DNA of 20,247 nucleotides from Myxococcales bacterium (GTDB taxonomy: Bacteria > Myxococcota_A > UBA9042), in the NCBI GenBank assembly GCA_037441385.1, contig JBBISH010000116.1, forward strand, positions 1 to 20,247. The letters run 5' to 3'. Of this stretch, positions 16,317 to 20,247 are shown one piece after another; position 1 is the first letter of the stretch, and each line of letters starts with the position of its first letter. Position numbers and translations under genes: made by a program. The notes below the pieces were generated by a model. It had not been told where the DNA came from. It saw only the letters and a list, made by a program, of their open reading frames with translations, and made no database searches.

Positions 16317-18323
16317 TCAGCGATCAGTCCGGCGGCGCCACACCAGGGCCGCGATCCCCACCAGGACGACCACGGCCGCAGGCGCGTTGGGCGACGGTGC
16401 GCTGCCGCACCCGCCGCTGCCTTGGACCGCGGTCCCGTTCGGTGCGGAATCACCACCTGCAACGTCCAGGCCGCTGCCATCACTCGCGATCTTGGCATCC
16501 GTGCTGCCACAGCCCGCAAGCAGCGCACCGCCGGGGCCGCGGTCGATGGTGCCGTCGCAGTCGTCGTCTTGGCCGTTGCAGACCTCTTTGCCGGTCTGGC
16601 AGGCGTTCCAACGGCAGCCGTCGTCGCACGAGCGCGTACCCACGCTGCCGCAAGAGGTCACGCAAGTCGCGTCGGCACCCAGAGAAGTCGCCGTACACTC
16701 GTAGCCCAACGAGGCGGGGTCCAAGGTCAGGCGCCCCCAACCGTATGCCGTGTCTGGGTGCGCCTCGCCCATCGCCAGAGCGGTTTCTTGCATCTCTTGG
16801 ACCACTTCGGCGGGGCTGCGGCCACTGGCGGCGATCCACACCGCGGCGACGCCAGCGGCATGAGGACAGGCGGCCGAGGTGCCATAGAACGCGCCCTGGG
16901 TGGTGGCAACTCCAGTCGGCGCCATCACTTCGGGCTTCTGGCGGTCGTCGGGCGTGGGGCCGTAGCTGCTGTAGCTCTCTAGCGGACCAGTGGCATAGTG
17001 CCCAGCGTAGATGGCGCCCACGGTCAAGACGCCTTTGCATGAGGCCGGGTCGTAGACGTTGCCGTTCTGGTGCCAGACCGAGAACGAGCCGTTGCCGTAC
17101 CCCATCGAGACGATGCGCAATTTCATGCCCTTGGGCACCGCCGTCTTGGCGCGCACCTGCAGGGCGTAGGTCCCCGACTCTTGGACGGGATAGACCACCT
17201 GCTCGAGCGGCGCGATGTTCTTGCCCTGCTTGAGCTTGCTTTCGTCGACCTTCTTCCAGGTTCCGTCCTTTTGGAACCACAGCTCCAGATCCAGGTCCAC
17301 AGCGTGGTCCGTGTAGTCGTCCCAGTCCAACGTCATCTGGATCTGGCCGTGCCAAGACGGGAATTCTAGCCGCTCGACCCCGGGCTGGAATTCGTGCAGG
17401 CCATTGCCGTCGCTGTCGACAAAGTCGGCCCTGTAAAAGCTGCCGCCGCCCGAGTTGCCCGACGCGTTGACCCAGGCGACGCCAGCGCTGCGGACCAAGT
17501 CAGTGACCTCGCACAACCGCCCTTCGTGACGACCAAAGCTCATGCCCATCCAAATGACGGAATGGCTGACGACCTGAATGCCCTTGGGGTTGCCTTTCTC
17601 GGCCACGTTCTTGGCGAAGTTCTGAATGGCGGCGACGGTGCTGGTCTTGACGGGATAGATGGCGGTGCCGGGCGCCGTATCGGCCACGACCTCGCAGCAC
17701 ATGGTGCCGTGGGCGCCGTCGCCGCTGAGCACGGGACCCACCACGTTGGGCACTTCGCCAGCAACCACGGACTCTTTGAGGCCATCGAACCCTTCGTCGA
17801 CCACCGCAACCACCGTGCCGCTGGCCGCGGCGGCCAGACAGGCGACTTCGCTGGTTCGCAGGTCGGCGGCGCCCTTGCTCTGCACGGGACCGGTCGCCGG
17901 CCACGGCCGCTGCGGCAGCTGGGCAAAGGCGACCTCGGGGTGGTGGGCCAGCCACGGCTCCACCGCGTGCAACGGCAGCCACACGTCGGCCAGGTCCAGA
18001 CCCAGCACTTCGACCTTGCCACCAAAATCCGCGAGATCGCGCAAATCCAGCTGATCGACCGTGAGGCCGGGGGGAACCTCGATCTGGACGCGCCAGCGGC
18101 CGTGGACGCGATCGCCCTGGATGAGCGCCCGGCCGTGGCGGGCGACGCGCTCCAAGTCTTGGCTATCCCCGCGGCGCCAGGCCGCGAGCGCCTCGCTCAA
18201 ATGGCCGCCGATCCGTGCACCTGCATCGCTGGCCGCGCGCGGGTGAGGCAACGCCGATCGCGGCGCAAGCCAGGCCGCCAGCAGCAGAAATCCAACGACG
18301 ACAAGACGAAGCCAAGCAGTCAT
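16317..18323 (-). CDS. Secreted S8 (subtilisin-like) serine peptidase with Cys-rich stalk and MYXO-CTERM-like anchor, 668 aa
   Basis: Signal peptide from ATG 18323. Triad motifs VAVVDEGF, HGTMCCEVV, GTSAACPHAAG; oxyanion NASGNSG; YSSYGPTPDDRQKPEVMAP; YGWGRL. Then EVCNGQDDDCDGTID and a GGCGS...hydrophobic...RRR tail. Confidence 0.9.
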   Translation of the reverse strand: MTAWLRLVVVGFLLLAAWLAPRSALPHPRAASDAGARIGGHLSEALAAWRRGDSQDLERVARHGRALIQGDRVHGRWRVQIEVPPGLTVDQLDLRDLADFGGKVEVLGLDLADVWLPLHAVEPWLAHHPEVAFAQLPQRPWPATGPVQSKGAADLRTSEVACLAAAASGTVVAVVDEGFDGLKESVVAGEVPNVVGPVLSGDGAHGTMCCEVVADTAPGTAIYPVKTSTVAAIQNFAKNVAEKGNPKGIQVVSHSVIWMGMSFGRHEGRLCEVTDLVRSAGVAWVNASGNSGGGSFYRADFVDSDGNGLHEFQPGVERLEFPSWHGQIQMTLDWDDYTDHAVDLDLELWFQKDGTWKKVDESKLKQGKNIAPLEQVVYPVQESGTYALQVRAKTAVPKGMKLRIVSMGYGNGSFSVWHQNGNVYDPASCKGVLTVGAIYAGHYATGPLESYSSYGPTPDDRQKPEVMAPTGVATTQGAFYGTSAACPHAAGVAAVWIAASGRSPAEVVQEMQETALAMGEAHPDTAYGWGRLTLDPASLGYECTATSLGADATCVTSCGSVGTRSCDDGCRWNACQTGKEVCNGQDDDCDGTIDRGPGGALLAGCGSTDAKIASDGSGLDVAGGDSAPNGTAVQGSGGCGSAPSPNAPAAVVVLVGIAALVWRRRTDR

Positions 18324-18394
18324 TCGCGAACCGGGGCGGCGCGGCGCCGGCAGTAGTGTCGCACACTTCGCGCGCAGCGGCGACCCAAAAACCA

Positions 18395-20065
18395 TCAAGG
18401 GATGGTCCGGCCCAAGTCGGCCGCAACGCGCTTGGCGGCCAATTCACCCGAGCGCATCGCGCCCACGATGCCGTGGCCAGCGCGGGTGGACGCGCCGCAC
18501 TGATAGAGACCCGGGATCGGCCCGCGGTAACCCGGCCGACCTTCCATGAATTGCTCGGGGGTCGCCGCCAAGCCGTAGCCAGTGCCACCGCTGGCACGGG
18601 CAAACCGATAGTGGGTAAGGGGCGTCGAACTCTCGGCAAAGACCACCTTGCCCTGAGTAGCGGGCAGCAAGGCCGCAACCCGTCGCAGCATGTCGGCTTC
18701 CACGCTGGCCTTGGCCTGCATGTAGGCATCGCGCTTGCGGTATTCGCCCGACTCGACCTCGGCGGCGGTGACGCCCCAGGCCTCGGGCGCCGCGGGCACC
18801 AAGGTCATCGCTTCGACCGTCGTGCAGCCAACGGGCGCATGTCCGGGCGTTTGCGGGTCTTTTTGACTGCCGCTGGTCAGGTAGCAGCCAGCCGGCTGGT
18901 AGCCCTGGCGACGGTCTGCGCGATCGTAGAAGTCGTCGACGTCGGTCGAGTCGAATTGCCAGTAATTGGTGGCCTTGCCCGGCGGCACGTGCAAGTCGGC
19001 CTGCACCCCAAAGAAACTGATCCACAGCGCCCCACCCATGACCCACTGATCGGCGCGCCGCTGCGCTTCGCTGGGGAGGTGCGGCCGGCCCAGCAATTCC
19101 AGCCAGGTCTTCTTGATGTCCGCGTTGGAAAGGACAGCTTGTGCACGCACTTGCGGGCCAAGGACCGCACCGTTCTCGCCCGCAGGCTGCCCCTCGAGCT
19201 CGATACCGACTGCGCGACCGTCTTCGACGGTGATGCGGCGGACGCCACGGCGCAGGTGGATGGTCCCGCCCAATTGCTCCAACCGCTCGCACAGGCGATC
19301 GGCGATGACCTGGCCACCACCCACCGGGTAGTAGGCGCCCTGCAGGTAGTGGTCGACCAGCCCGGCGTGCAAGAGCGCCGAAGCCTGCGACGGCCGCACG
19401 CCGTAGTCGCCGGATTCGCCAAGCAACACCGCCCGCAGCAGCGGGTCGCGAGTGCAGTCGTCCAGCAGTTCCTTGACGGTCGCCTTGCGGTAGCGCGCCA
19501 CCATCCGCCCATGCAGCGCGACCTGCAACAGCGTCCGCAGCCCGGGCCGCGAACCAGCCTCGCCGGCCATCTGCCCAACTTCGCGCAAGAAGCGGCAATA
19601 GCGATCGATGCCCGCCTTTTCGGACGGGAACGTCTGCACCAGGCGGTCGCGATAGGCCTCGTGGCCGCGCGGCACGCGGAAGCTCAGGCCGGGGAAGACG
19701 AGCGTGTCGAACCCGTCGGGGTCCATGGCCTGAAATTGCACGTCGGAGATGCCGGCGCCGCGCAACAGCTTGGGGATCATCCCGCCGGGCTCGCAATCGC
19801 CCACGTAGTGCAGGCCCACGTCGAACCGCCACCGCTCGCCGCTGCGGCCGCGCTCGAACATGGTCGCGCAACCGCCCGCGACGTAGTGCTGGTCAAAGCA
19901 CGCCACCTTCAGGCCAGCCTGGGCCAGCCGGACGGCGCTCTGCAGGCCGCCCAGACCACAGCCGATGATCGCGACGTCGACCTGCTCAGGAACCGGCGTG
20001 CGGACGCGGCGCGCGGTGTGGCGAATAGGGCTCTGCAGCTCGGGCAGGGATTGGTGTGAAGTCAT
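18395..20065 (-). CDS. FAD-dependent oxidoreductase, phytoene dehydrogenase-like / retinol saturase-like (COG1233 type), 556 aa
   Basis: Rossmann VAIIGCGLGGL, GGCATMF, FDVGLHY, YYPVGGGQ, VLSNAD, STPLTHYRF...GTGYG, IPGLYQCG...GHGIVGAMRSG. Confidence 0.9.
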   Translation of the reverse strand: MTSHQSLPELQSPIRHTARRVRTPVPEQVDVAIIGCGLGGLQSAVRLAQAGLKVACFDQHYVAGGCATMFERGRSGERWRFDVGLHYVGDCEPGGMIPKLLRGAGISDVQFQAMDPDGFDTLVFPGLSFRVPRGHEAYRDRLVQTFPSEKAGIDRYCRFLREVGQMAGEAGSRPGLRTLLQVALHGRMVARYRKATVKELLDDCTRDPLLRAVLLGESGDYGVRPSQASALLHAGLVDHYLQGAYYPVGGGQVIADRLCERLEQLGGTIHLRRGVRRITVEDGRAVGIELEGQPAGENGAVLGPQVRAQAVLSNADIKKTWLELLGRPHLPSEAQRRADQWVMGGALWISFFGVQADLHVPPGKATNYWQFDSTDVDDFYDRADRRQGYQPAGCYLTSGSQKDPQTPGHAPVGCTTVEAMTLVPAAPEAWGVTAAEVESGEYRKRDAYMQAKASVEADMLRRVAALLPATQGKVVFAESSTPLTHYRFARASGGTGYGLAATPEQFMEGRPGYRGPIPGLYQCGASTRAGHGIVGAMRSGELAAKRVAADLGRTIP

Positions 20066-20086
20066 GGGGACATGGCCTCTGGGCTC

Positions 20087-20246
20087 CTAGAGAGCCGATC
20101 AGTTTAGACTTTTTCCGCGCGTCCGCACCTTCGAATTCGGCGCGGCGAGTCGCTGCAGGCGCTCGCTTGCGCCCCACTTGGGGCTGGAGACGCGGCCAGA
20201 ATTCGCGATTACTGAACAAATGACCAGTAATTGGTCGCGTCTCTAG
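20087..20246. mobile_element. MITE-like non-coding element, 160 bp including both CTAG
   Basis: Left end CTAGAGAGCCGATCAGTT versus reverse complement of the right end CTAGAGACGCGACCAATT (14/18 identical). Several internal hairpins, no credible ORF, located at the window end. Confidence 0.6.
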
Positions 20247-20247
20247 T

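Noticed and set aside
1..20247. Whole window as a composite transposon or island bounded by TAGAG-starting ends
   Set aside because: The two terminal elements share only TAGAG. The left element points out of the window, and the cargo includes housekeeping genes with uniform composition. Repeats at both edges are more simply explained as assembly breakpoints.

Overview
High-GC bacterial DNA, most likely Myxococcota (inferred from a MYXO-CTERM-like sorting tail, a PEGA protein, Cys-rich surface repeats and a Haliangium-type microcompartment shell gene). Twelve complete CDSs are supported: a translationally coupled M16 zinc-peptidase pair; a secreted CsgG/FlgO-like protein; a tandem-domain bacterial microcompartment shell protein (BMC-T); panC; panB; an acyl-CoA carboxyltransferase (pccB-like); a POT/PTR peptide transporter; a PEGA protein coupled to a Cys-rich lectin lipoprotein; an orphan hybrid histidine kinase; a surface-anchored S8 protease; and a CrtI/retinol-saturase-like flavoprotein. 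The left edge looks like the start of an IS (probably IS630-like) and the right edge carries a ~160 bp CTAG-bounded MITE-like element. The most interesting items are (1) an isolated BMC-T shell gene, closest to Haliangium BMC-T3, directly downstream of pccB-panB-panC where panD often lies, and (2) a lipoprotein combining CTDC repeats, an EPN/WND C-type lectin and a fibrinogen-like domain resembling coral USOMP5-type proteins. All family assignments come from motif reading and recalled sequences; no searches were run.
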